Positions 24,803 to 37,994 of a stretch of DNA of 64,000 bases are shown one piece after another. Numbering within the stretch: position 1 is the stretch's first letter; each line of letters opens with the position of its first letter. The DNA lies in the NCBI RefSeq assembly GCF_006345805.1, contig NW_021831752.1, positions 124,001-188,000 of the forward strand, read 5' to 3'. Below the pieces are notes generated by a model. That model worked only from the letters and a program-made list of their open reading frames with translations. It was not told the origin of the DNA and searched no databases. This DNA is from Octopus sinensis. Lineage: Eukaryota. The position numbers and the translations under genes were made by a program.

Positions 24803-27800
24803 ATGTATTTTATTCTTCTTCAGTTATTTTTAATTTCAAGCAATGAATTTAAATTGGCATTCTTGATGCCTTTAAATTGTTCTAATCCAATCGGAAGGGG
24901 CTTTGTCGGGACTATAAATGTTGTATTAGATGATGTCATTGCTGATTTTGGGCAAACAAATATAAGGTTCAAATTTTTATTAAATTCAGTTACAAAATAA
25001 TTGATACTGAGTGCAATGCTGATTTAGCATTACAAAAATTAGGGGATATGATCACTAATAAACAATTTGTACCATCTGCAATAATTATTTCTGGATATGA
25101 ACAAGTCTGCTCGGTATTCTCTTATGTATCTTTATGGTGGCAAATACCTTTGTTAACATCCACATGTAAAAGTATCTCGGTTAATAATGTAATCATTAAA
25201 TAATCACCATTAATTTTTCAGCAAAACAAATTTGTTCTAAACACTGCTATTTTACCAAATTTATATATCAATAACTTTATGATTATAATGCGCCATTTTA
25301 ACTGGAACCAAATTGGTATTATTTATATGGATGATGAAGTTTGGACACAGACATTTGTCAAACTAAAGTATTTTTAGAAATTCACAATGTTCTAGAGATA
25401 AATTATATTTTTCTCAAAAGAACGTTTTAATAGGAATCAAAATTCGTGCAGAAATAGCATATAATTCTTCGGCGATTACTCAAATTGTAAATGATATCAC
25501 TAAAAGCTCCCGAAGTTGTTATTTTTATTATAATTAGTAATCGTTATATTGGCTCCGGAAAAATACGTTTTTAGTATTTGCATCAATGCAAAAAATCTGA
25601 ATAAATTCGACGGGAACTACGCGTACATTGCATTTGGCTTTGATTTTGGTAAGTTATGTTATTTAACAGTAGAAAAATTATCTAATCAAGAAAAGATACA
25701 CTCTCAAACTCTCACTGCTTCGTCTAAAACTCCCCAAGAAGCTATAAAAGGCCTTCTAAACATTGCCACAAGTGTTACCAATATCCAATTATTTGATACT
25801 TTTTTGCAAAAAGTAAAGTCGAAAACAACAAGTCCTCCTTATAATTACAATCAGACTATTGTAATGATATTTTATTCATTGGATATTTAGGTTTCGAAAG
25901 AGGCATTGAGACTGTACGAGGTGGTCTATTTGTTTTTCACCGCTGTAAATTCCTCAAATAACAACATAAGTCGTACTAGTTTATTTAGCAATATAAAGGG
26001 AAAAAAATTCGGTAAAATTGATCAATTATGTCAATAGTTATTCTAAGTAACAATATATATTTCGACTCGTACGGACAGGCAAATAGAACTCTATATTTAA
26101 AAAATTTTAATGGTACTGGCGAAAAAAGTATTTACAAAATTGACCAACTTCAACAAATATTAATCGAGCATTCGGCAACTCAAATTATATTTTCATCTTC
26201 TGGCCACACTCAAATACCTCTAGACGCCCCTACCTGTGGCTTTAACAATGATCAATGTGGCATGGGAATTGGTTTGTACAAATAAGAATTATTTTTTATA
26301 AACACAGGAACAATTGTCGGAATCTCTTTAGGAGTTACATGCTTTGTAGCAATAATTGTCACAGTATCATTGATGGGCAAAAGGTTTAAGGAGCTTTTTA
26401 TTTAAAAAATAGATCAGCGAATTCAAATAAAAAACATTTAGACAAAGACTATATTATATCATATGAAGATATTAATTTTACCTCGAGAGTATAGAGACAT
26501 TTGATATATTTTTAGGAAATGGGTAAATCATATGTAATGAGCACAATGTCATTAAAAAATGAAACCTCTACTAAATCCGAGGTAAAAGAAGCAACGAATA
26601 CTTCACTTGGAATATATAAAGTATTGCTTGTTTTCAATATTGTAGCAAAAATGTGTCCATGTTAAAAAAATAAGGAAATCGTTTTTGGTAGTAACCAAGT
26701 TAATTATTGCCGAATTAAAAAAAGTTAAATATCTGGTCAAATGTTTTTATTAGATGAAAGAAATGCTTGACGACAACGTCACTGCTTTTATTGGAGCATG
26801 CGTTGAATCTCCTAATATTTGCGTCTTGTGGGAATTTTGCAGCAAAGGAAGTTTAGAGGCACCATTTATTCAAACATGTCATAGGATATTATTAAAATGG
26901 AGAACGTGAATCTTAACACAGACATAATTCTTTCCCTTATAACAGATATTTCTAATGTCTGATAAATATTATATTTTTAGGGAATGAAGTATATCACTAG
27001 CAAATTTGGGTCGCATGGAAATCTTATTTCAAAAAACTGCGTCATAAATAGTCGTTGGGTTTGTAAAGTGACCAATTTTGGACTCCTCAACATGAGAGCA
27101 AATGAAGGCATAAAAGAAGACGACGATTCAGAAACATATTACAGATGTAACACTCATCAAAATAATGTCCAGCAATGTTGGGAATTAGTCCTGAACTTTT
27201 GAGAAGCGATACCATACCTTTTTATGGAACAGAAAAGGGGGATGTGTACGGACTTGGAATTATCATTTCCGAACTCGTTACAAGAAAACCTCCATACGGC
27301 ACTAACGATTTATCTGCAAAAGGTCATATCATAAAAATATTTAGAAATCGTTGATAACGTAAAAATCGGGACCTACCCATATTATCGTCCAAAACTGGAA
27401 AAAGGAATGTGCTCAGATTCTCTAAGAGTGTTGATGGGTGACTGCTGGTCAGAATATGCGGGTCTAAGACCGAGTTGGGATAGAATATGTCAGACAGTAA
27501 CTGCCATAAACGGAGGAAAGTTTACTGTCACAAAAATATTTAAAGGACTTTAAATCTAATGGACAGCATGTTAGAAATGATGGAATCATATGCGAGCAAC
27601 TTGGAGGAATCAATCCAAGAACGGACAGTCGAACTTGAAGAAGAAAAAAAGAAAATTGACGACCTTTTGACTCAAATGTTACCAAAGTAAACACTTATAA
27701 ACCATATATAGATCAATCGTCGAATCTTTAAAAAATAACGAGACAATACAGCCACAAATATACGACATGGTCACAATATATTTTTCGGATATTGTCGGAT

Positions 27801-28482
27801 TTACTGCCTTGGCTTCCAAAAGCTCGCCTTTCGCTGTTGTTTACTTACTCAATGATCTCTACGGTACTTTTGATTCAATTATTGGAAACCACGATGTGTA
27901 CAAAGTTATACGAATATCTAACTGGATAGGTTGAAACTATTGGGGATGCATATATGGTGGCGAGTGGATTGCCAGAATTAAATGAAGACAGACATGCTAC
28001 TGCAATCTGCGACATGGCTTTGGACATTATGTCATCATTAGTGTCATTTAAAATAAGACATGAACCAGAAAAACAACTACAATTGAGAATTGGGATTCAT
28101 TCAGGTTAATTACTAATCAAAATTTTGAAAGGTCCATGTGTGGCTGGAATAGTTGGTTCAAAAATGCCAAGATACTGTCTTTTTGGAGATACTGTCAATA
28201 CTGCAAGTCGATATGAATCTACGAGTCACGGTATGCATTTTAATATAATCTTATAGCATTAAGAATACATCTGAGTCCCACGACTAAACAAATTCTGGAC
28301 AAATTTGGAGGTTATCACACACAGGAAAGAGGGGAGGTGACAATGAAGGTTTCAAATAAACAAATAAATTGTAGGGGAAAGGAATAATCAACACTTTTTG
28401 GCTCACAGGAAAAGACAACTACAATAAGGAATTACCAAATTTGTCTAGAGCTGCCAGACTTAGCGAACATGAGTTTAAATAA
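24803..28482 (+). CDS. Receptor-type (NPR-like) transmembrane guanylate cyclase
   Basis: Signal peptide [13 protein letters not shown]; extracellular domain; [23 protein letters not shown]; kinase-homology [21 protein letters not shown]; cyclase [41 protein letters not shown] with the GTP-specifying E and C. Confidence 0.97.
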
Positions 28483-29058
28483 TTTAGAAACCCTTTTAAC
28501 ATTTATTAGTTTTACTAATACTAGTACGACTGTGATCCTACATTTTGGTTTTTGGTACTAAATTTTATAATTAAAGGTCTTTTTCAGGGTTTTGATAATG
28601 GTTTAATAAAGTTATCCTAAAAATTAATTTACGGGAGTCCACATAAAGAGACCTTTAGTAATTGAATCTTCAAATCACAAACAAAAAACACAAGAACCAC
28701 TAAATTTGTGAAATGTTCTGAATAAATCGTAATCAGATCACATATAATAAGACAACACGTAAAGAATAAATATACTGTGCTGCATAAATGACACAATTCT
28801 TATTTCGAACTACCATAAAATACCGACAAAAGCATTCAATCTCCAAAATTAATAAACAACCTCAGTTATTTGCACCCAAGCCTGTCTTTCAAGAGATCTT
28901 TAAATCACCCTGATCGACTAATCTCATAATTACAAGACTGCTTTATCATATCTCCTAACGACAGAAACCTCAACAACCAAATAATAAACAAGCCCATATA
29001 CCGAACTAAAAGTCAATTTAGTGCCCAGAAATATTAAATATCACCAAGACATTAAATA

Positions 29059-29850
29059 CTAAAAAATAGCAAAAAAACCAACCATAAACCCGACAGAAAA
29101 ACATATATGAGCCACAACCACGAATGAAACGACCACAAGTCCCAAAAAATTATTCCGATTCGAGAGGGACCAAAAAGAACAACCCAAAACCAAGCACGTG
29201 ACAAAACAGACAGCAACAAGACTAACCCAGGACAGCCACTGAACGTGAAAAACAAGCACAATCTACAATCCCATCAGAAAACTCTCCAAACCGTCAGTGG
29301 AATAAACAAAAAGAGAGAATACCCATAAAGTGCAAAAATTTCAAAAATATTGAAATCCTGGTAGACCTCCCTGGACCACAAAAATGCGAAAATAACGAGA
29401 GGAATCAGCAGAGGGTAGCCCAGTACTAAGCCAGTGGCAGTGGTCACTGTAATCGAATAAACTGGACTACTTTTATGCATATCATACTCCCATTTCTCCT
29501 CAGGGTAATTACTATGGAAAGTGTAATACGAAGAAAGACTGTCGAAAACACAAACTGAGAATATCAGTGTGATAGAAATCCACAGAAACCCTTTTTTGGG
29601 ATTATTTTCAGGACTATAAACCATAAAGGTCAGGATGGGTATGAATTCGGTCCCTTACTTTTCGGAAAGACGTCGTGGGAAGAAATGATGACCCAATTCG
29701 TTGTATAATAGTCCTCGAGTCAAAATCAAAGTATTGTTGGTAGTATTCCATGCTCAGAATGGACTTGGCCTGTGGTTCGGGCTCTGCTTGCTCAGGCATT
29801 GGCAATTGGATTGACGAAATTCGACCCTCCACTGGGGATTCGACTGATTC
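29059..29850 (-). CDS. YIPF1: Yip1-domain Golgi membrane protein (YIPF1/2-like); start codon uncertain
   Basis: SMEYYQQYFDFDSRTIIQRIGSSFLP..HPDLYG^FLWISITLIF..IFALYGYSLFLFIP..hydrophobic C-terminal helices. Confidence 0.9.
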
Positions 29851-30019
29851 TAATTTTTGTTAACTTTTAATATTTTGTGTGATTAATAAAACGGCTGTTT
29901 AACCATTATTCACTAAAGGAACTTTGTCCATCAGAAACAAGTTGAATATATTATTTGAATTAAATAATATTTTTATAATTAATTATTAAAAATGAAAACA
30001 ACAAATTAAGAACAACAAA

Positions 30020-30390
30020 TTAATTGAATGAGGAATCAGATGTCGTGGTGGTAGTACTCGACTCGTCCGAATCATCTTTTTTGAATTTCTTTTTTTTGCT
30101 AAAATTAAATATTTTGGCATTTTTATGCCTTTTAGTCTTAGACTGGGACCTTGTCCTTGTCCTCTTAGTAGGCGGAGTCATTTTAGTTTGGTTAACACTT
30201 TCTGTAGACTTTCTTTTCGGGGTGATCGAAGTGGTGACCTCATCTGTGGCCTCATTCTCCGTTGATTGTGGTCTCCCAGTGGTTGGAGGGGTCGCCTTCT
30301 TGGCACGTGCTGTTTCTTGTGTTGTTTTTTTTGCTTTCGGTGTCCTGTTGTGATTTAAAAAAATTAGCACTTTGTCTTTTTTTTGACCAT
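30020..30390 (-). CDS. Small Lys/Thr-rich basic disordered protein (~114 aa)
   Basis: MVKKKTK^TPKAKK.. joined in frame by the 26-nt intron gtgctaatttttttaaatcacaacag; several TP/TPKR motifs; acidic-Ser/Thr tail. Confidence 0.55.
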
Positions 30391-30854
30391 TGCACCACTG
30401 GAATTTTTTTAATATTAAGTAATAATTATTTTATGCATTTTTAATAAATAATTTAGTTATATTTAAGACTTTAATTTTTTAATGATATTTTCAGTTAATT
30501 TTCATAATTTTTTTAATGATATTTTCAGTTTAACATGTGCTATTTGACATTGCTGGTTTCCAATAAAACAAAATAGCATCTCTATACCCAAAGAGTCCCT
30601 TAATAAATCAAAATTAACTTAATTAAACACATAATTATATTCTGTGGTTATTCATATTCGACTACATCTATGATAAAATGTGTCAGACTGAACAAAAATG
30701 TCAAAAATAAGAACACACAAGCAATACCACTTATTTTCCCACTTGTCATTTAAATCAATTATTTAAGTATAAAATGTGTCAGAATTAGTCATAAATAACA
30801 AGGAATGCAATTAAATTAATAAAATCAACAAGAAAATTAGCTTAATCAAAGTCC

Positions 30855-31332
30855 TTATTTATCCAAAGAATCGTCGAGAAGTAACTTGTGTTTTCTAAGC
30901 TTCTCCTGCAAAGCCTAGAAGGGACTGCTGACCTTGTGATGCTCAATGGCCTCCTCATGGAACTTGATTTCACTTTCATGTGATTCCTTCAGTTTCTTCA
31001 GCTGTTCGGCTTGCTGATGCCATTATACACACTCAGTACAAGTTTACGGAAATACTGCTCTTCCATTGTGTGTGCTCTCTTGCCCATCGACCCCCCTGCT
31101 TCCCTGCAGTGGTTACTTTGGTTTATTGTACTTGATTGAGCCTCCTCCACCTCCTCCCTACAGGTTTATTGAGGGAATTACTTTGCCTGCTCCTGAACCT
31201 GATTCTGGCACGAAACTTGACATTTTTATAGTTTGTGTGAATAAGTTTTTTGACTTTCTATATTATTATTATTGTTTTATTTACACAACATTTTAACAAA
31301 AAAGTAATATACCTAATTAAACCGCACAACAT
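30855..31332 (-). CDS. ATP5IF1: Mitochondrial ATP synthase inhibitory factor IF1
   Basis: MLCGLIR^KSKNL..GSGAGK^GGGGGGSI^EAGGSMGKRAHTMEEQYFRKL^QAEQLKKLKESHESEIKFHEEAIEHHK.. Confidence 0.92.
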
Positions 31333-31439
31333 GAAACAACACAACAATTAATTTATTATAAATTTATATAAAACTAAAAAATTAAACAAATCTTATAATA
31401 TAACTATTTAATCAAGGAAGAAGAATCATTAGCAATTAA

Positions 31440-32380
31440 TTAAGGGTGTAGATAGGGAGTGACATTAACAGGGACGAATATATACTCCCCCTGCTTCTCA
31501 TTACTCTCTCTCCCAGTCTCCCCAGTCTACTCTCCCACAAACATGCCTACCTGCCCACTCGCCTGCCCCATTTCGAGCCCTTCCCAATACCACAGTGGAT
31601 GTCCCTACAGTGAGAGGACAGCCTTACTGGGGACGTCAGGTATATTCCTGGTGAGTATATGCAGTATACGGGCACACGGTCGTCTGTTTTGGGGGCTGGG
31701 GAATATAGGGGATGACTACTTGTGTTTCGGACTGATCTGAAGGTCTCGTTGGATGTGACCTTAGTCCATTAGGGGGGACATTACCTTTCGATATGCCTTG
31801 TCGATTACTATTCTCTTGTTCTTAAAGGTTAGGCCATCAGGCTAGGCATTATTATATTGGTTAACTGAGTGCTCGTTCAGAATTGAGGATGCCACTTCTG
31901 AAGATTCAAAAGTCACAAAACCAAATCTATTTAAATTAATTATTAATTTTTTATTTATTTTAATATTGATTTTTTAGTGGCGGGAATTAAAATCAGAATA
32001 TATTATGTTGTGTGGGAATTTCCAATTTATAAAATGGCTATTTATATGGTAAAATTAAATAAATTAATTAATTAAAAATGCAAAGAACCCTTTAAAATTC
32101 CCAGCCTGATCACAAACAATATTCACATCCTTCACTTTCCCAAATTTATTAAAGAAATTCTTAAGGTCCCTCTCCAGGAATTCCTGAACAATGTGAGGAC
32201 ACAATTCACCGTCTCAAAAGACCCGAGGCCAGTCACGAATATCCTTCCTTCAACTTCTTTGGAGTTCTCTGGAGCTTCATAAATAATTTTCGGACTGTCT
32301 TTTCCCCATTGCTGACTAAAATTGCGACAGTCATTCCGCCCTCCTTTTATAGGCCAATTGTACGCCGTAACTCGCGCCAT
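31440..32380 (-). CDS. BOLL: Boule/DAZ-family RRM RNA-binding protein; start uncertain
   Basis: GRIFVTGLGSFET^EFLERDLKNFFNKFGKVKDVNIVCDQAGNFKG^FGFVTFESSEVASSIL..LTFKNKRIVIDKAYRK resembles the Boule RRM; Pro/Tyr-rich tail. Confidence 0.75.
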
Positions 32381-33714
32381 TCACGAAACTGTTCCCCTTT
32401 CCCGCCAAAAGTTGATTTCTCTATGACAGGGGTGGCCAGAGTAGACAGTTAGGGGGTTAGCTGGGGTAATCGAGGTGTGTATTATTGGGTATATATTTTG
32501 ATAAATGAATATAAATTTAGTTAAATAATTAATGAAAATGGTATTTATTGATTATAACCATTTGTTATATTACAAAATCATTCAACTGTGAGATTTTGGG
32601 ATATTTTCATTCAATCGAGAATAGTATTAATTTTCGAGATGTCCTAAGTGAGTCAATTGATCATTTTAACATTTTATTACCAATACTTTCATTAAACATG
32701 GCTTTTTTATTACTTTATTCTTATTGAACTAGCATTAGGGAATATTTAAAACTGCACAATATATCACAATGGACTGGTCACCAGATCAAATTAATTACAA
32801 AGTGGATAGTCAGGCTAATATTTAGACAAATGGATATGGGAGAAAATCATAATTAAATAAATAATTTCTAATAAAATATATTTCCACGCTACTAGTTTTT
32901 TAAAAAATCGATTAAGATGGCAAGGGGTATGCAAGACAAAAAAGTTTGAGAATAATTGCTATTGATAGTTCTCTTAATCCTGGACCACAATATCGTGTTT
33001 GTTATACTGGATAACAATCGAAGTCTGTATTGCAGTATAAGACGTTATTGGACACCTTGACGTATACGGATCGACATTGGGAATCACCAAAGCTGAAATG
33101 AACAGTTTGAATTAACTTTTGGCCACATATTAAGACCGGACAGTCTCACTCCGCCGAATATTGCAAGGGAAAGCTGTTTTGTCAGTTTTGAAGAGACATT
33201 TCCCGGAAGGCTCAGAGTCACTCAACCTACTGCATTGCAATAAAAATTACAATGTTGAGAGGATCTCGATGCAATACGAACATTAGCAAACAACACGTAC
33301 ATGTGGAAGAATACTAACTGATGATTTTCCGTCAGTGCAAAATAGTGATATTGAGGTCAATAGTGGCAGGTAGATTGGATTATATGAGACTGATTATTCT
33401 CAATGTCGGGATTTCTTTACTCATTGTAGGCTAATGAGACAAATTTTTAAGCTGAATTCCGACACGAGGAGGAGCACATTCCATAATAATTTAATAAATG
33501 ATTTTTGCAAGGAAATAGTCGCCCCTGCTATTTTTAATATCTAGGAATATGCGGTTGTGTTTTAATTGCAGATAAACGAGAAAGTGCATTAAAAACACCC
33601 GCTTTCTTACTTATTATTTAACTCCATTCCCTTATGAAATTGGCACGAATGTGGCACGAAGAAAACCGACAGACCTCTTAGGGTCACGGAGAAATTTAAT
33701 CATATATGATATTC

Positions 33715-34010
33715 TTATAGAGGTGAGATTTTTGCAATCCAGGACGACGTTTGTTACTATGTTTCGTCCCTCATGGCAGATTTGACAGGACGGATTGACG
33801 TCCTTATTCAGTTTGTTGTGATAGTCAAGAAGTAATGGGTGATGCCCACAGCGAAATCTTACAAGATCAACTCGATCATTGCGGCTGAAATCCTTTTCAG
33901 CTGAGTTTATTTTGGGGGATTGTTGGAAATATTGTTAACGGTTAGTGCTTCCAAGGAGGATTTTGTTATTATTTCTTTTATTTCCGATGGTTTTTTTTGT
34001 TACATACTCG
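33715..34010 (-). mobile_element. Non-LTR retrotransposon (I/jockey/R1-type) C-terminal zinc-knuckle remnant
   Basis: SRNDRVDLVRFRCGHHPLLLDYHNKLNKDVNPSCQICHEGRNIVTNVVLDCKNL. Confidence 0.7.
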
Positions 34011-34069
34011 CTGAAGTGAAGAATAGAGTTCCACAGATGTCGAAATGGTCTGATCATTTACAATTTATA

Positions 34070-34660
34070 TCATGGTAGTACTGGGTTTTCGATAGTGAGG
34101 ATGTAGCAAAGATTTGAGCTGTCAGGCTCAGTTACTTGCTGGGAAGGTTTTTTAGGTTCTATGTGCTTTTGAGGTTCCATAAATTCAGAAAAATGTTTGG
34201 TTTTAACAAGAGCTCTTTTTTGTGCTTGTGTGCTAACTTTAGATGCTGTTTTGAAATCAATATTGTATATACAAACGTCACTGACGTCCTCAGGATAATA
34301 TTCCCCAGTTCTGTGTCCCTCCACCATGTAAATCTCGCCAGACAGGACTGCACAGGCAGTCAGAGGTTTAGGGGAATCTGCTATTGGACTCCACAGGTTG
34401 GTCTCAATCTCATATTCGGCACAGCTTTTGGATACAAAGGAAGGAGTAAACTTGAGACAAATCCGCGGGCAGTCATTCCCCCAAAAATGTAGATAAATTT
34501 ATCATAAAGCACAGATGAAAGTCCGACCGAGCTTCTGGCATGGGGAATAAACTTTCACAAATCGACTGCCCGTCGTCAAAACATCAAAAATATCCAGAAA
34601 ACTTTAAACTTGTATAGGTTTGAAATTGGGAGAGCATTTTTGTGTGTTCTATTATTATTA
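34070..34660 (-). pseudogene. Kelch-repeat protein fragment, probably disrupted
   Basis: SKSCAEYEIETNLWSPIADSPKPLTACAVLSGEIYMVEG..DVSDVCIYN is kelch-like (GG changed to EG); flanked by LINE remnants. Confidence 0.5.
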
Positions 34661-34691
34661 TTAGAACCAAGATCACCGTCCAAAACATAAA

Positions 34692-35030
34692 ACTAATTAA
34701 TCAGGTGATCCCGGCTTCTCTGAGGAGGGTCCTCAACTTTGCCCGGTGCTCCTCCCTTGTCCCGGCACAATTTCTGTGAGGGCGCGGTGGTGGTGTTTTA
34801 GGCCCTGTAGCCCCGAGGTTTCTTCTCAAGATTTTATTAAATTGGGCGATGAGTAGATGTTCGTTCGGTCCTTGTAGTGCTTTTTGGAAGCGATCTTGAG
34901 TTTTCTCGATTTTAACGCGGTTCGTTCCACTGATAAACCCTCCCCACGGCTCACAAGCATAGATAAAGGAGGGTTCAATGAATTGCCGGAGTAGTTTCGA
35001 GTTTATGGGGCAGAATTCATTCTGTTAACT
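34692..35030 (-). mobile_element. Jockey-like LINE post-RT fragment
   Basis: SKLL..FIEPS/LIYACEPWGGFISGTNRVKIEKTQDRFQKAL, frameshifted. Confidence 0.55.
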
Positions 35031-35189
35031 GTTTTATTTAAATTTTTCAAAATTAAGGATTATGGTCAAGTATCCTGGGTTGTGCCGTAGTTAAAATAGA
35101 TCGCGTCGGACTCCTTTCCATATGAAAACAATTGGAACAATTTTCTTTTTTGCGTTATTCAAAATACAGTCGAACCCCGCCCCAACAAA

Positions 35190-35990
35190 AACCCCGCTGC
35201 TGGTAGCAGATTGGAGTGAATGGGTTTTTAATTTTTTCGACTTTTTAATTTCATATTGGTGACATAGATGTAAATGCAAGCATTTGACCACTTCGTTATG
35301 GCGTCTAAGGTTGAGGCTGTTAAGCATTTGCCCACATCTGATAGCAAGGTGATCGACGGTCTTCTTGGATGAGTTGCAGTGGCTGCATTTATTCTCTCCG
35401 TTGCTGAAAAACAAGTTCAGTCTTGCAACAGGCACATATTTGCTTCAGTCCGGGGAAAATTGTTTCAATGAATTAACCACCCGCAAGCCTCATACACGTC
35501 AATTTCAGTATTCTTTAGACATTCGAACAAAATAGAGTTGAAGCTTCTTTCGATTTTTTACATAGATATTCACGTTGAAGTTTTACCAGATCCGATATTT
35601 TCAATTCATTTACGTTTTCATTGTATTTTCGAGACAAGAATTCTGCGATAGTGGCCGTATGCGTTTTCTTTGAATTGATGGCGAGTAGAATTTCTGCTCT
35701 TTTTAGGGAAGTAGCTTGCCTTATATTTCAAATCAGCATAAAATTGAAGAATCATTCTCTCCTCTTTATTACTGACTGACTCCCGGCCTCTCCCAAATTC
35801 CTTTCTTGGAAGATAAAATCTTTCTTTGTTTGCGGGTTTCAAGTGGATATGATTGTCCATAAGAATTCGACGAATAGCCAAAAACACAACTACAGTAAAA
35901 GATTTCCAATAATCTAGTGAAATAATGTGATTACTCATCGATATAATGTGATCAACTAATGAAGAGTAGCCCCATAAAAATATGACCACA
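35190..35990 (-). mobile_element. R4/NeSL-like (RLE-type) non-LTR retrotransposon fragment
   Basis: IRRILMDNHIHLKPANKERFYLPRKEFGRG and KCSHCNSSKKTVDHLAIRCGQML..RRHNEVVKCLHL (CCHC knuckle plus RHN motif). Confidence 0.8.
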
Positions 35991-36059
35991 ATTACAATTC
36001 CTAATATAATCTGTCGAATTATAAAAACTAAAAAAGTGCAAATAAACCATCATTAAAAA

Positions 36060-37013
36060 TCATCCAAAATGAGTATTCGAACACATAGCATCAACCAATT
36101 TATTCTCGACTAATTTGAGAGCAGGCAATGTCATAACCAGTCCCTCATGTTTGAGCACACTATACACATTCAGTCCTACACATCACACTACTGACTACCA
36201 TAATATGGCATAACATTGAACTGGTCTGTCCCCTCCACACACCTCCCCACACTCCCCTCCATCCAATCATTCCTTAAATATCACAAATACTCAACTCTGT
36301 TATAAATAACACAGAATGACCCCATCCCCGTGCTTCCACCAATCTTCTGAGGTACTAAAACTTTATTTTATAGCCAGACCTGAGGATCTTCCGAAGGGAT
36401 ATTCAAATTCTCGACCACATGGAACAATTTCTGACATCCTCAACACAAATACCTGCCTGTGCTTGACCGTCAAGGCAACTCGGAGACCGAGGACCCTTTT
36501 AAAGAAGGGCAGCATATAAAAGTGACTCTTAGGACCCCTGGGACCCACAGCAGCCCCTCCTTTGACCCAGTGGGGGGCTCGGACACTGCCCTGGGCTGCC
36601 CGACCCATCCGCTTTTGGGGCCACGGTTTTCGACCTCCTCCGCGGAGTTCTGCTCGGGAGGGCAAGAAACGGTAATCCTGGGACTGAGGGACAGGAATAC
36701 AATCATGCGGTATTTGGTCTGCCAGACTACATTGTTGTGGAGAATGTCGATCCTGTGGGTCACGTGTGGAGGCTACCGGGGATATGTGGCGAAGATGTCG
36801 GGATTTAGGTCTGTTATGCCTGTGAAGTTTTGGTGGATTGTGTCCACGGATTCGATCCAGGCTTGTTCGTGTGGACGTGGTGTGGCTGAGGGTTGTCTAA
36901 TGTGGGGGTTGCTTACTTTGAGGTGTTGTGAAGTGGGGAAATGTGGTTGAGAGGGCTTTGGTTAGATTTTGGCTAAGATTTGAAACTGATGACCACGTGA
37001 ATAGACATTTCAT
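36060..37013 (-). CDS. MRPL4: Mitochondrial ribosomal protein uL4m
   Basis: [18 protein letters not shown]^[70 protein letters not shown]. Confidence 0.95.
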
Positions 37014-37199
37014 AATGATTTATTTTAAAATTAATTTAAATAATAGAGTTAAGAATAAAACAATTGGAGAGGTTTTTTTAACATAATTTTAATAGCATCT
37101 CCAAAAACTCTACCCAATTAAAACAAAATATATGATATAGAGTGCAGTTTTTGATTTTTTGTTAGTTTATGTCTTAATTCTCTTTTGTGGAACGTATTA

Positions 37200-37720
37200 A
37201 GGGATTTTAGTTCAGACTCAGATCTTCCTCATATTCCTCCGTTCTATAGGCTAAACAAAAGCTTGTTCCAATTTTGAGTTTTGCCATTTTCGCCTGTTCT
37301 GTTATCTTCCTGTTGATTTTGTCACAAGCCCAGAATAAAACCGAGTCGGAAGTGAAACTATGACAGCTGAAATGTCAATTTATTTATTTATGATGCTATG
37401 AATCATACAAAGCAGCACTGAAACAATAAGAATTATTAGTTTGGTCTATTTCTCTCTAACCTGGGCGACATGCCGTAAAACATCTACCCTAACCCCGTCC
37501 TTAAAAATTTTCTCGACACTCCGAAGGTCTCTGTTCAGTATATCTCACATTTCACGTAAGAGGTCTGCCTAGTCTAATATACTATTTTTTGTTTAAAGTT
37601 TTTTTTATAAGTTCTACTTTAAACCTGAAATAGTATAAAAGACTATTCCGACGTTCCACACGTGATAGAAGAGAGGAAGTAAGGACATAAAAATATAAAG
37701 GGACTGCCATTGACAAGATC
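37200..37720 (-). CDS. Possible small multi-exon membrane-protein gene, unresolved
   Basis: Several GT..AG mini-introns and open exons (MSLLPLFYHVWNVGIVFYTIS; SDSVLFWACDKINRK); no complete frame could be built. Confidence 0.3.
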
Positions 37721-37994
37721 TATTGAGTTGACAGTCAGCTTGTCGATTAATTAGTATTTGTCAATAAATGCATTAATTGTTTATATATAAGTTATTATTA
37801 CTATTCTTTGGGTGATTAGAGAAATTGGTCGACATATACGGCGAGAGATATTTAAAAATTTTGGTAAAATATGTTTATGTAGAAAAATTATTTTTATTAT
37901 AAATTATATAATTTTTATAAGTAATATACATTGAGGGAAACACAAATTAATATAAAAGGCATCAATCAATTATATTTTTGTTGTGCGATTCATT

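Noticed and set aside
30024-30353. 109-aa hydrophobic plus-strand ORF
   Set aside because: Antisense shadow of the Lys/Thr-rich minus-strand gene
32760-32830. MDWSPDQINYKVD resembling a GH16 glycoside hydrolase motif
   Set aside because: No catalytic ExDxxE motif or continuing frame found; too short to support
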